Shown one piece after another: positions 9,507 through 19,204 of a DNA stretch of 40,467 bases. The notes under the pieces were generated by a model. That model was given only the letters and a program-made list of their open reading frames with translations, made no database searches and was not told the origin of the DNA. Within the stretch, counting starts at the first letter, position 1; each line of letters opens with the position of its first letter. The position numbers and the translations under genes are program-made. The stretch comes from a virus. The stretch lies in UHGV virus genome UHGV-0212168. The stretch is one strand, 5' to 3'.

Positions 9507-9910
9507 TGGCACAGAAACGCGTATTCCAAATCGCGACCCCGCGGGGAAGCGTGTACCAGACAAAGGGGAAAGGCGGAACCGTCACCGCCCGACTGGAGTG
9601 GAATCCTGGTTTTGCAAGGGAAAAGTCAGAGGCTTTTTCCAACGCGCAGGCCTTTGTTGATTCCGAGTGCCTACGGTATATGGACCCGCTTACATCGAGG
9701 CTCACAGGATATATGATAAAGTCCGCAACCCTGGGAACGGTTATCGGGAGTGGAAAGATTGAGTACCTGGCCCCTTATGCAAGGAAACAGTACTATGAAG
9801 GCAAAGGGGATGGTGGGAACCGGGGACGATTGTGGTTTGAGAGGATGAAAACATCCAAGGCAGAAACCATACAGAAGGGAGCAAACAGGATTGCCGCAAA
9901 CAATAAATAA
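9506..9910 (+). CDS. Putative tail completion / minor capsid protein (HK97 gp10-like position)
   Basis: It is the third connector-position gene. The ATG overlaps the upstream stop (TGATG). A GGAGGTG RBS precedes the start. Confidence 0.4.
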   Translation: MAQKRVFQIATPRGSVYQTKGKGGTVTARLEWNPGFAREKSEAFSNAQAFVDSECLRYMDPLTSRLTGYMIKSATLGTVIGSGKIEYLAPYARKQYYEGKGDGGNRGRLWFERMKTSKAETIQKGANRIAANNK

Positions 9911-10316
9911 TGAGTCAGTGATTGCAGCTCTGAGACAATATTTCATGAGCTGCCCATACCTAAGGGATGGAGAGTTTAATATTGATTACCTGCCAGACAG
10001 CCGGTCATACAGCCTCGACCCAATCCCGGCAGAACCTGTTTATAAGGAGTATGTTGATGGAGGAAAGATATACCAGTTCCAATACTCTTTTACCTCCAAG
10101 GAGGCCTATGACGGGGATGCCCGGACCATGATAGACAATTCATTTTTTTATCAGAATCTGGCTGACTGGGTAGAAAGACAGGATGATGAAGGTATCCTGC
10201 CTATGCTGGAGGGACGTCAGGTGATATCAAACACGTTGATGTCGAGCTATTACCTGTTTGGGTCTGATGCAGACCTGGCAAAGTATCAGGTACAGCTCAG
10301 GTTATTGTACGAATAA
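9891..10316 (+). CDS. Putative tail terminator protein
   Basis: It is the fourth connector-position gene, immediately before the major tail protein. The start is TTG with a GAAGGGAG RBS. Confidence 0.35.
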   Translation: MPQTINNESVIAALRQYFMSCPYLRDGEFNIDYLPDSRSYSLDPIPAEPVYKEYVDGGKIYQFQYSFTSKEAYDGDARTMIDNSFFYQNLADWVERQDDEGILPMLEGRQVISNTLMSSYYLFGSDADLAKYQVQLRLLYE

Positions 10317-10328
10317 GGAGATGATTAT

Positions 10329-10862
10329 ATGGCAAATGCAGATAAGCTAAACGATGGTAAGCTGATTAAGCGTTCCAAGCGGGTTTCGTTCCTGAATGTG
10401 GGGACAACCGCAGAACCTAAATTTATAAGAATGCAGGGGTTCTCGTCCATGTCGGAATCCAAGAGCGCAAAAGAGTATTCCAGACAGTATGTGGATGAGG
10501 ACACCGAACGGTCGGACGTGGTGGGCTATGCGACCCAGATAGGGTACAGTTTTGACCGGCACAGCCCATACTCAGTACATGAGAAGCTGGCCGAAATCAC
10601 GGACAACGAGTACACTGGTTCCGATGCGACCGTGGAAATCGTGACGGTGGACCTGTTTACAGATGGGGACGCAAAAGTGGCACGAAAACGTGCTTACAGC
10701 GTTATACCAGATACAACCGGCGACGGAACGGATGCCTTGATTTATTCCGGAAACTTCCGCGCCGCAGGAGAGGCCGTGCTGGGAACAGCGACATCTGCTG
10801 ATAAGTGGCAGACAGTGACATTTACTGAGGGCAGCGCACCAGACCCTGCTCCGGGAACATAA
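10329..10862 (+). CDS. Major tail protein (TP901-1/phi13 family)
   Basis: It is 177 aa with the N-terminus MANADKLNDGKLIKR...VSFLNVGTTAEP, typical of siphovirus major tail proteins. It lies upstream of the chaperone pair and tape measure. Confidence 0.75.
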   Translation: MANADKLNDGKLIKRSKRVSFLNVGTTAEPKFIRMQGFSSMSESKSAKEYSRQYVDEDTERSDVVGYATQIGYSFDRHSPYSVHEKLAEITDNEYTGSDATVEIVTVDLFTDGDAKVARKRAYSVIPDTTGDGTDALIYSGNFRAAGEAVLGTATSADKWQTVTFTEGSAPDPAPGT

Positions 10863-10880
10863 GAATAAAGGAGTGAGCCT

Positions 10881-11291
10881 ATGAGCCAGAAGTGGAGTTA
10901 TAACAACATTGAGTTTGAGGTAGACCTGCAGGACGCTGATTTTGCTGAAAAGTATGAAAAGGCATTTGAACGGATGGGGCAGGATGAAAAGAAGGTGCAG
11001 AAGGCCGGAAACAACAGTGAACTGATACGCGGATACTGCGGCCTCTTTCATAACCTGTTTGATGACATATACGGCGCCGGAACAGCAAAGAGATTATTTG
11101 ATGGAAAGATGAACGCAGGTATGTGTGACCTTGCCTACGCTGCTTTTATGGGAGCCTGTATGCGTTGCAATGAGGAGGCTGTCCAGCAGAGAGGGCAGCT
11201 GATGAGCCGATATGCCCCACGGCAAAACCGCCAGCAGCGACGGAACAACCAACAGAGGAATAAGAACTGGAATGGGGGACAGCGTGCATGA
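10881..11291 (+). CDS. Tail assembly chaperone (gpG-like)
   Basis: It lies between the major tail and tape measure genes. Its 3' end overlaps the next ORF, which is in the -1 frame. Confidence 0.55.
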   Translation: MSQKWSYNNIEFEVDLQDADFAEKYEKAFERMGQDEKKVQKAGNNSELIRGYCGLFHNLFDDIYGAGTAKRLFDGKMNAGMCDLAYAAFMGACMRCNEEAVQQRGQLMSRYAPRQNRQQRRNNQQRNKNWNGGQRA

Positions 11292-11875
11292 GCATGAACT
11301 TGCTTTATGAAGCCTATCCTGAATCGGTCAATCTGTATGGCGTGGAACGTGAAATTGTGACTGATTTCAAGGACTGGCTGCGGTTCATTGATATGATAAG
11401 ATGTGACGGACTCAGCCAGGATGAGAAGATGACTCTCATGATGGAGATGTATCTGGAAAACATACCACACTGGCAATGGGGGGATGCCCATGAGCCACTT
11501 ATGAGTTTTTTTCGTATGGATGAGTGCACGATAGAGACGGGCGGTGAACCAGAGGGCGCAGACGAGGAATTAGAGCCGGTGATACCAAAGCCGCTGTATG
11601 ATTTTGCGTTCGATGCAAAATACATCATATCAGGGTTCCGGCAGGACTATAAGATTGACCTCACGGAAACAGACATGCACTGGTGGAAGTTTCGTATCCT
11701 TTTGGACGGCCTGTCGTCTGGTACAGAGTTTAAGCAGCGGGTAATGTACCGGAACACAAACACAGCTGATATCAAGGATGTGAAGGAACGCCAGCGGATA
11801 CAGCGGATACAGAGGGCCATTGCCATCCCGCAGCCAGCTCCATCTGATTATGAGATAGGGGATATGTTTGGATGA
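11288..11875 (+). CDS. Tail assembly chaperone (Gp15-like / gpT-equivalent)
   Basis: It is in the -1 frame relative to the upstream chaperone and overlaps it through ATGA. It lies upstream of the tape measure. Confidence 0.5.
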   Translation: MSMNLLYEAYPESVNLYGVEREIVTDFKDWLRFIDMIRCDGLSQDEKMTLMMEMYLENIPHWQWGDAHEPLMSFFRMDECTIETGGEPEGADEELEPVIPKPLYDFAFDAKYIISGFRQDYKIDLTETDMHWWKFRILLDGLSSGTEFKQRVMYRNTNTADIKDVKERQRIQRIQRAIAIPQPAPSDYEIGDMFG

Positions 11876-12027
11876 TGAAAAAGATTGAAAAGCCTCCATT
11901 GCTGCGCAAGTGGTACCGATGCCCTCATTGTGGGAAAAATGCGGTGTTATACGACAACACAGCCCATAGCAATAGGGTATATGTGAAATGTAAGGAGTGC
12001 AGAAAGGAATTTGAAATAAGGATTTAG
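11872..12027 (+). CDS. Small zinc-ribbon protein (51 aa, CPHC...CKEC)
   Basis: The translation is MMKKIEKPPLLRKWYRCPHCGKNAVLYDNTAHSNRVYVKCKECRKEFEIRI, with two CxxC pairs. It is below the 60-aa cutoff of the supplied ORF track. Confidence 0.4.
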   Translation: MMKKIEKPPLLRKWYRCPHCGKNAVLYDNTAHSNRVYVKCKECRKEFEIRI

Positions 12028-12069
12028 CATCTGTGAGCCAATGAGCCGTGCTACTGCGAAAGGAGTAGT

Positions 12070-15000
12070 ATGGCTCATTTTGACTTACAATTATTTGAGG
12101 CCGACGGCCATCTGAATTTTGATACAAGGGTTGACGAAAAGGGATTTTCAAGCGGTATCAGCAAACTTGGCGGGATAGCCAAGGGGGGACTGGCGGTCCT
12201 GGGAGCCTCAGTCGCTGGAATCACTGCTGCTTTTGCCGGTATGTCGAAGGCTGCATTAGGTTCTGTAGCCAGCCTGGAACAGAATGTGGGCGGCGTGGAA
12301 ACGCTTTTCAAGGAAAATGCCAAGACAGTCATAGAGAATGCAAACAATGCCTATAAGACTGCGGGGTTGTCAGCCAATGAGTACATGCAAAGTGTCACCA
12401 GTTTTTCCGCATCACTATTACAGAGCGTGGCCGGGGATACGGCAGAAGCGGCAAAGATAGCCGATATGGCAATGGTGGACATGTCTGATAACGCCAATAA
12501 GATGGGTACAGACATGACGTCCATCCAAAATGCATATCAGGGATTCGCAAAGCAGAATTATACGATGCTGGATAATCTGAAACTGGGTTATGGCGGAACA
12601 AAGGAGGAAATGAACCGCCTCCTTGCGGATGCCACCAAAATATCTGGCGTGAAATATGACATCAGCAATCTGAATGACGTATACTCTGCCATCCATGTAA
12701 TCCAGGGTGAGCTTGATATAACCGGCACAACGGCCAAGGAAGCCTCTACTACCATCGAAGGGTCCATGAACGCCGCAAAGGCAGCCTTTGACAACTTTTT
12801 GAATGGTTCTGGAACTGCTAAAGAGCTGGCGGACGCGGTTGCCACAGTCGCCCGAAATGTAGGGAAGAACCTGGGAGAAATTATCCCAAGGCTAGCAGAA
12901 ACAGTGCCGATGGTGGTCGAGGAACTGTGGCAGGAATTTGAAGGCAGTGCAGACCAATTTATTCAAATGGGCGCAGGTCTTGTGACGGATATTGCGACAG
13001 GACTTGTTGAGCAGCTGCCTGCCCTTATTGAACTTGCCGTATCCTTTGTTGATACGTTGATACAGGGCCTAAATGAAAATATGCCCCAATTGTTGGAGGC
13101 GGGAGGTTCCCTGCTTATTGCCATCGTTCAGGGCATCATCATGTTGGTCCCATCCCTGTTGTCGCTTGGATGGTCTATTATTGAGGGCATTGTCCAGGGA
13201 TTGCTGAACAATGCGCCAACGCTGCAGACGCAGGCTGTAAATCTGTTCAATCAGTTTACATCCGTAATCAGCACAAGGCTGCCGCAGTTGTTGCAACAGG
13301 GCGCCAATGCAATTAATCAGTTTACACAGGGGTTATTAAGCAAGGCCCCATCCCTGATAACGAATGCCGGAAATATCATAAGCAAGTTATATAATGTAAT
13401 TCTTGGAATCCTGCCGCAAATCCTGGAGACCGGAATCAAGCTCATTGGACAGCTGGCTCAGGGCATCCTGTCAAATCTCCCAGCCGTTATCGGTGCCGCC
13501 GCCGAGGCACTGATACAGATAATCGCTACAATTGCAAGCCACCTCCCGGAAATCCTGCAGAAGGGAATTGAATTACTGGGCGAACTTGCAGCCGGAATCA
13601 TACAGGCCATCCCGGAGCTGGTCGGAAAACTGCCGCAGGTATTTACCAGTGTCAAAGCAAAGTTTTTAGAATTTGACTGGATACAGATTGGTAAAGACAT
13701 CGTAAGCGGAATTGCAAATGGCCTTAAAAACTCCATTGGGACCATCATTGACGCTGCTAAGAGTGTGGGTGAGGCGGCCTTGGATGGTCTTAAGAGCCTG
13801 TTAGGCATCCATTCTCCGTCGCGTGTGTTTCGGGACGAGGTTGGACGCAATATATCCCTTGGTATCGCTGAGGGAATCCGGTCCAATAAGAAATATGCCA
13901 AGAAGAGCGCGGAGGAAGTTGCACAGGCCACGCTGGAAGCAGCCAAGAAGAAGCTGGAAAACCATAAGGTTTATAACCGACTTACCCTTGCGGATGAGGC
14001 CGGATACTGGGACGAGGTACGCAAACAGACAAAAGAAGGCACACAGGCCAGGATTGACGCCGATAAGGAATACCTGTCTGCCAAGAAAGACCTGAATGAC
14101 AGGATGCTGGAAGCGGAAGAGAACTATACGGACAAGGTTGCGAATGCGTACAAGGACCTGAACGACAGAATTAAGGACCTCAATAACCAGTACAAGGATG
14201 CCGTCAACCAGCGGGCAGACCAGATTAAGTCAGCGTATGGGTTGTTCGATGCATTTGATTCCAGTACGGACCTGACAGCGGATGACCTGCTTAATAACTT
14301 GCAATCACAGGTGGACGGGTTGAAGCAGTGGCGCAAGAATCTGAGGGACCTGGAACGCCGTGGGATTGGCGACGACCTTCTGGAGGAATTGCAGGAGCTT
14401 GGACCAAAAGCAGCAGCTGAAATCCAGCTTATGACGGAAATGAGTGACGACCAGCTGGATGAATATGTGAGCCTGTTCAAAGCTAAAAATCGCATTGCAC
14501 GCCAGGAAGCGGTGGCAGAAATGGAGCCAATGCGTGGGGAGATATCCAAGCAGATTGCACAGATGCAGCGGGAGACATCGGCAGAACTGGCAAAATACCA
14601 GCAGGAATATGTATCTTCCATGACAGAGCTTGGTGTGGCTCTCAACCAGCCATTGGAGACTATGAAGTTGACGGCGGCTCAGAATGCGGTGGCTCTTGTT
14701 TCTGCTATGGCAGGGTCCATCAAGGACGCATCCGGCTCCACCGAGAACCTGGAACAGTTCAAGGCTATTGCCCGGAATGTACTCGGCTCCGTGGATACGC
14801 TTCCGTCCAGTATGTCGGATGTGGGGAAACAGTCCATCATCAGTATGATAGAGGGCATCCGGTCCATGTCCGGCCAGCTGCAGGCAGCGGTACAGGCCGT
14901 GGTTGCCAATGCAATGCAGGCGGCCGCAGGCGCCATGATGGGGAATGGAGGCATCAATGCAGCACTGGCTGGTGTTGGAGCTGTGACTGGTACATCCAGC

Positions 15001-15201
15001 CTCCCCGCGAGCACCTATGGGAATGAAGGATACGGTCCGGGATATGCTGTGGATTACCGCAGGATGGGACAGGAAATGGCAAATGCTATGGACGGTGTAT
15101 CCGTCAATATGGACGGGAAGAATGTGGGAAGCATTGTGTCTGAACCTGTGAATGACAACCTGGGGAACCGTGGAAGGATGGAAGGAAGGGATATGGAATG
15201 A
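12070..15201 (+). CDS. Tail tape measure protein
   Basis: It is 1043 aa with Gly/Ala-rich helical repeats and a coiled-coil central region, following the chaperone pair. The N-terminus MAHFDLQLFEADG carries the Prp-type motif. Confidence 0.9.
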   Translation: MAHFDLQLFEADGHLNFDTRVDEKGFSSGISKLGGIAKGGLAVLGASVAGITAAFAGMSKAALGSVASLEQNVGGVETLFKENAKTVIENANNAYKTAGLSANEYMQSVTSFSASLLQSVAGDTAEAAKIADMAMVDMSDNANKMGTDMTSIQNAYQGFAKQNYTMLDNLKLGYGGTKEEMNRLLADATKISGVKYDISNLNDVYSAIHVIQGELDITGTTAKEASTTIEGSMNAAKAAFDNFLNGSGTAKELADAVATVARNVGKNLGEIIPRLAETVPMVVEELWQEFEGSADQFIQMGAGLVTDIATGLVEQLPALIELAVSFVDTLIQGLNENMPQLLEAGGSLLIAIVQGIIMLVPSLLSLGWSIIEGIVQGLLNNAPTLQTQAVNLFNQFTSVISTRLPQLLQQGANAINQFTQGLLSKAPSLITNAGNIISKLYNVILGILPQILETGIKLIGQLAQGILSNLPAVIGAAAEALIQIIATIASHLPEILQKGIELLGELAAGIIQAIPELVGKLPQVFTSVKAKFLEFDWIQIGKDIVSGIANGLKNSIGTIIDAAKSVGEAALDGLKSLLGIHSPSRVFRDEVGRNISLGIAEGIRSNKKYAKKSAEEVAQATLEAAKKKLENHKVYNRLTLADEAGYWDEVRKQTKEGTQARIDADKEYLSAKKDLNDRMLEAEENYTDKVANAYKDLNDRIKDLNNQYKDAVNQRADQIKSAYGLFDAFDSSTDLTADDLLNNLQSQVDGLKQWRKNLRDLERRGIGDDLLEELQELGPKAAAEIQLMTEMSDDQLDEYVSLFKAKNRIARQEAVAEMEPMRGEISKQIAQMQRETSAELAKYQQEYVSSMTELGVALNQPLETMKLTAAQNAVALVSAMAGSIKDASGSTENLEQFKAIARNVLGSVDTLPSSMSDVGKQSIISMIEGIRSMSGQLQAAVQAVVANAMQAAAGAMMGNGGINAALAGVGAVTGTSSLPASTYGNEGYGPGYAVDYRRMGQEMANAMDGVSVNMDGKNVGSIVSEPVNDNLGNRGRMEGRDME

Positions 15202-15899
15202 AATATTTAGGAATCACCTTTGATGAGGAGAAGCATACCTATGATGATTTTGGCCTTCGGATTAAGTCCATCAATATAGGGTTCCCATCGGTAAAGGAGA
15301 GTAAGATTGACATACCGGGAGCGGATGGCTACCTTGATATGACGGATTACTTCGGCACCCGGTATGAGGACCGCAAGATTACGATTGAATGTGACATAGA
15401 GGACCGGAGCTATTATGACTGGGCTGGACGTATGAGCCAGCTCAGTAACTACCTGCATGGAAAGAAACGGAAGATTGTTCTGGACTGGGACAATGGGTTT
15501 TATTACCTGGGGCGCGGGACCTGTGAATATGAAAAGAAGAACCGGGCATTCAGCCTGGTGACACTGAAATTTGAATGTGACCCATATAAATATGAGCTTA
15601 CGGCCACGGATGAGGACTGGTTGTGGGACCCATTCGATTTTGAGGAAGGAGTAATAAAGGAATATGGGAACCAAAACGTGGACGGGACGCTTGTGCTTAC
15701 TGTTATAGGCTCACCCATGCCGGTGGTGCCAAGAATTACAGTATCATCCGATATGCAGGTGGAATTCGAGGGTGAAAGGTTTGACCTGAAAGCGGGAGAA
15801 AACTATCTGCCGGATATTGAGATAAAGGATGGAGAGCATGTGATGACATTCACGGGACATGGTATCGTGACTGTAAGCTACAGGGGAGGAAGCCTGTAA
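15198..15899 (+). CDS. Distal tail protein (Dit)
   Basis: It is 233 aa immediately after the tape measure. The N-terminus MKYLGITFDE..FGLRI...IPGADG is typical of siphovirus Dit/tail-component proteins. Confidence 0.8.
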   Translation: MKYLGITFDEEKHTYDDFGLRIKSINIGFPSVKESKIDIPGADGYLDMTDYFGTRYEDRKITIECDIEDRSYYDWAGRMSQLSNYLHGKKRKIVLDWDNGFYYLGRGTCEYEKKNRAFSLVTLKFECDPYKYELTATDEDWLWDPFDFEEGVIKEYGNQNVDGTLVLTVIGSPMPVVPRITVSSDMQVEFEGERFDLKAGENYLPDIEIKDGEHVMTFTGHGIVTVSYRGGSL

Positions 15900-17896
15900 T
15901 GTATAAAATCAACAATGTGATTGACGGCAGAACGTACTGCCTGCATGACCAGCGGGACAGGAACCTGCGAGTGATTGAGCCTCGTCTTACCCTTACCCTC
16001 AACAAGACAGGAGCTCTTACATTCCGCATTCCTTCCAGTCATATGTATTCCAACACCTTAAAGAAGATGAAGTCATCCATCCAGGTAATGGAGGATGGGA
16101 TATTGATATATGAGGGACGCGTGCTGTCGGATGAGTCGGATTTTCATAATACAAAAGATGTGGTATGCGAGGGAAGCCTGGCCTATCTCATTGACAGCGC
16201 ACAGCGCCCCTTTTCTTTGAGTGGAAACATCCATGATTTCCTCGCCCAGATGGTAGAAAATCATAATGGGCAGGTGGAGGAGCGGAAACAGTTTGTCCTT
16301 GGCCGGGTGAATGTGGCCGATGAAAACAATGAACTTAAGCGGGAGTCCGCTAAGATTGACAATACCTGGAACACGCTGAAAGCGCAGCTGATAGACGTCC
16401 ATGGTGGATACATATGGGTTGAATACAGGGACGGCAAGAAGTATCTTAATTACACCTACGACTATGGCGGTAAGAATGAACAGCAGATACGTTTTGGCGT
16501 CAATCTCCTGGACCTAACAAAGTATCAGGATGCTACTAATGTGGTAACATGTATGATACCCTACGGAGGGGATGTGGAATACCAAGACGAGCTTGGGGAG
16601 ACGCAGACAGGCACGGTCGATATTACATCGGTTAATGACGGGAAGGATTATATCACAGCGGAGCAGGCCGTGCTGGATGAATACGGGAAGATATGGGGGA
16701 CGTTCCAATGGCCAGACATCACAGACCCCGCAAGGCTCCTGGAAAAGGCCAAAGAATACCTGAAGGAGGTGTCCGGGATACCGGATACGCTTAAGGTATC
16801 AGCCGTAGACCTGAACTATACTGGGGTAGACATCCGGCGCTTCCGGGTCGGATATTACACAACGGCTATCAGCAAGCCTCACGGAGTCAGCAAGGACCTG
16901 TTACTGGCTCAGCTTGACATGTACCTGGATGACCCGGCAAAGGGCAGCATATCCCTTGGGACCACAGTGAGCAGCTTTACAGGCGCCACCGTGAATAAGC
17001 AGGTAAGTATTTCAAAAGCCGTACAGGAGTCCGAGGCAAAAACATATGAAGAACTGGCCCGGAAGATTGCCAATGCAACAAATCTTATCACAGGAGGGCT
17101 GGGAGGTTATGTGGTCCTTGATAGTCAAGACCCGGTTACAGGTAAGAAAATGCATCCCTGGCGTATCCTGGTTATGAATACACCGGATAAAGAGACCGCA
17201 ACAAATATCATCCAGATAAACCAGAATGGCATCGGATTCTCCACCAGTGGCATCAACGGACCTTATCGTAACGCCTGGACCATCGACGGGAACCTGTTGG
17301 CTGATTTCATCACTGCCGGCCAGATGCTGGCGGACCGCATTCGTGGCGGAATCCTGGAGGTAGGCGGGTATGGCCTTGCCAAAGATGGAAAGATTGTGGT
17401 CAAAAACGCCAACGGTAACGAGATTGGAAGCTGGGACAATACAGGACTGCACGTCCTGCTGGGAGTGATTCAAGGCAGCACCATAATTGGTTCTGATATC
17501 ATTAGCGGTACGATTGACATAGGAAACGGGACTTTTTATGTGGATGATGATGGAGCCGTGGCAATCAACTCCGGTCAGATTGCTATTGGGAATACTTTGA
17601 TTACTCCAAGTTATACCTGGATAGGAGATTTTGGGGTGTCTAGTAATGGAACTGGAGCATTTTATAGCAGGGACAATACGATTGAGATTTTTACTCCTGC
17701 ATTCCCATATATGAACGGTCCAGCAATGCAATTAAGTTATAATGGGATGACTACAAGAGTAAGTTATAGTGCTATAACAACAAGAGATATTACATTAAAT
17801 ACGCTGGTAAGTGAGTATGGGGGGCAATGGGGGTCAGTATCTACTAATATAATTGAACTCTGGAATAGAATAGAAAGACTTGAAGCTAAATCATAG
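15899..17896 (+). CDS. Tail-associated lysin / tail endopeptidase-like protein (Tal)
   Basis: It is 665 aa after Dit. The N-terminus is conserved (MYKINNVIDGRTY...LTLTLNKTGALTF). The C-terminus is Gly/Ile-rich and beta-helix-like, and the last roughly 100 codons are AT-rich. Confidence 0.75.
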   Translation: MYKINNVIDGRTYCLHDQRDRNLRVIEPRLTLTLNKTGALTFRIPSSHMYSNTLKKMKSSIQVMEDGILIYEGRVLSDESDFHNTKDVVCEGSLAYLIDSAQRPFSLSGNIHDFLAQMVENHNGQVEERKQFVLGRVNVADENNELKRESAKIDNTWNTLKAQLIDVHGGYIWVEYRDGKKYLNYTYDYGGKNEQQIRFGVNLLDLTKYQDATNVVTCMIPYGGDVEYQDELGETQTGTVDITSVNDGKDYITAEQAVLDEYGKIWGTFQWPDITDPARLLEKAKEYLKEVSGIPDTLKVSAVDLNYTGVDIRRFRVGYYTTAISKPHGVSKDLLLAQLDMYLDDPAKGSISLGTTVSSFTGATVNKQVSISKAVQESEAKTYEELARKIANATNLITGGLGGYVVLDSQDPVTGKKMHPWRILVMNTPDKETATNIIQINQNGIGFSTSGINGPYRNAWTIDGNLLADFITAGQMLADRIRGGILEVGGYGLAKDGKIVVKNANGNEIGSWDNTGLHVLLGVIQGSTIIGSDIISGTIDIGNGTFYVDDDGAVAINSGQIAIGNTLITPSYTWIGDFGVSSNGTGAFYSRDNTIEIFTPAFPYMNGPAMQLSYNGMTTRVSYSAITTRDITLNTLVSEYGGQWGSVSTNIIELWNRIERLEAKS

Positions 17897-17955
17897 AAAG
17901 GGGTGTTGAATTAAAAGTATCTCTAATGTATAATGCAACTATAGGAGGGATTTAT

Positions 17956-18525
17956 ATGAAGAAAATTAGTATTCTTATAGCCACATTATTGTCATTGGTT
18001 TTTACTTTTAATGTGTTCGCGATGGAGATTGAATATAATAATCCAAATGACCCAAATGAGCCAACCTTGATCATTCCAAATCCAACAAATGAAAAAAGAA
18101 ATGCTGATAGAACGCTTGATTATAAGTGGACATGGATAAGTGATGAAATAGTGGCACGTTTTCAGCCTGGGAAAAGAGCCAATGATAGAAGAGCGTATCT
18201 TCAAGAATCGTTTAATTATGGCATGATTGGTGGAGGCCACGGCATAAAGGACGACGGAGGGAAACGCGAGACTTATTCCGGTAAATGGAGTCAGTCAGAA
18301 GATGGAATCTGGTCTTTCCAGTTTGATGATTATACCATTCCGGTGGATATCACCAAGATTGATGGCGTATTATATGCCTTTAATGGGTACGGCGAACTGG
18401 TGGAAGGGTATGATTATTGGAACGGCCATAAGACTGCTGCAGACGGCCTAGTGACTTGTACGGACCCTGAGTTTATTACCTATCTGGAAACGCAGTACAT
18501 TCCAGACTGCACTAGCCATGAATAG
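17956..18525 (+). CDS. Secreted protein with a signal peptide and cell-wall-binding (CW_binding_1-like) repeats
   Basis: A signal peptide (MKKISILIATLLSLVFTFNVFA) precedes a signal peptidase I site. Downstream are repeats (DGIWSFQFDDYT, DGVLYAFNGYGELVEGYDYW) that resemble choline/cell-wall-binding repeats. An AGGAGGGA RBS precedes the start. The region is low-GC. Confidence 0.6.
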   Translation: MKKISILIATLLSLVFTFNVFAMEIEYNNPNDPNEPTLIIPNPTNEKRNADRTLDYKWTWISDEIVARFQPGKRANDRRAYLQESFNYGMIGGGHGIKDDGGKRETYSGKWSQSEDGIWSFQFDDYTIPVDITKIDGVLYAFNGYGELVEGYDYWNGHKTAADGLVTCTDPEFITYLETQYIPDCTSHE

Positions 18526-18597
18526 AATTTGATATGGATTGACGAGAGCGAGGCAATGTCCCCGCTCTTTTTGTATGCCGAAAGGAAGGTGATTGTT

Positions 18598-19194
18598 ATG
18601 GCAGCACAGCCCGTACATATTGACATAAATCAGCAGATACAGGACTGGAAGAATGCCAGATATGGACGGCAGGTCAGGTCTGCTAATGTGGAGGCATTGA
18701 CAGAGCTGCAAAACCAGATGAACGGCGCCGTGGATTATCTGGTTGAGAAAGGTGAAACTGTTGACCAGGCGGCCAAGGATGTCCAGTTGGTCCGGCAGGA
18801 AGCGCAGGGCGCCGTTGACCATGCCAATGAGATTACAGAGGAATATAAGCAGTATGCAGATACGAAGTTGGCGGAAACCACGGAGCAGCGGCAGCTGGCA
18901 GAGACCGCAAAAGAAGAAGCAGACGAATCTGCCCTGCTGTCAGAAAGTTGGGCCCATGGAGGAACCGGAACAAGGCCAGGGGAGGATACAAATAACAGCG
19001 AGTATCACAGCCAGCAATCTAAGACCCAGGCTGACAGGGCAAAGGATGAAGCTGACAGGGCTAGTCAGTATTCGCAGATTACAGCTCCTGACTTTTATCT
19101 GGATATAGAGACCGGAGCTCTTTATCAAAAAGGCGGGGCCGGAGTTGATTTTGTTGTGGCTGACGCGATACTGTACTGGAAAATCGTAGCATAA
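18598..19194 (+). CDS. Putative tail fibre/baseplate-associated protein (coiled-coil)
   Basis: It is located in the tail-tip module. The middle is Q/E/A-rich coiled-coil. An AGGAAGG RBS precedes the start. Confidence 0.4.
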   Translation: MAAQPVHIDINQQIQDWKNARYGRQVRSANVEALTELQNQMNGAVDYLVEKGETVDQAAKDVQLVRQEAQGAVDHANEITEEYKQYADTKLAETTEQRQLAETAKEEADESALLSESWAHGGTGTRPGEDTNNSEYHSQQSKTQADRAKDEADRASQYSQITAPDFYLDIETGALYQKGGAGVDFVVADAILYWKIVA

Positions 19195-19204
19195 GGAGGA
19201 TATT

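Noticed and set aside
12075-15014. Several 60-170-aa minus-strand ORFs inside the tape measure gene (12075..12347, 13458..13946, 14124..14645, 14679..15014)
   Set aside because: They are antisense to a 1043-aa gene with clear tape-measure features. They are Ser/Ala/Pro-rich artefacts of its repetitive codon composition.
17012-17731. 239-aa minus-strand ORF within the Tal gene
   Set aside because: It is antisense to Tal, with no RBS, and is Cys/Ser-rich nonsense.
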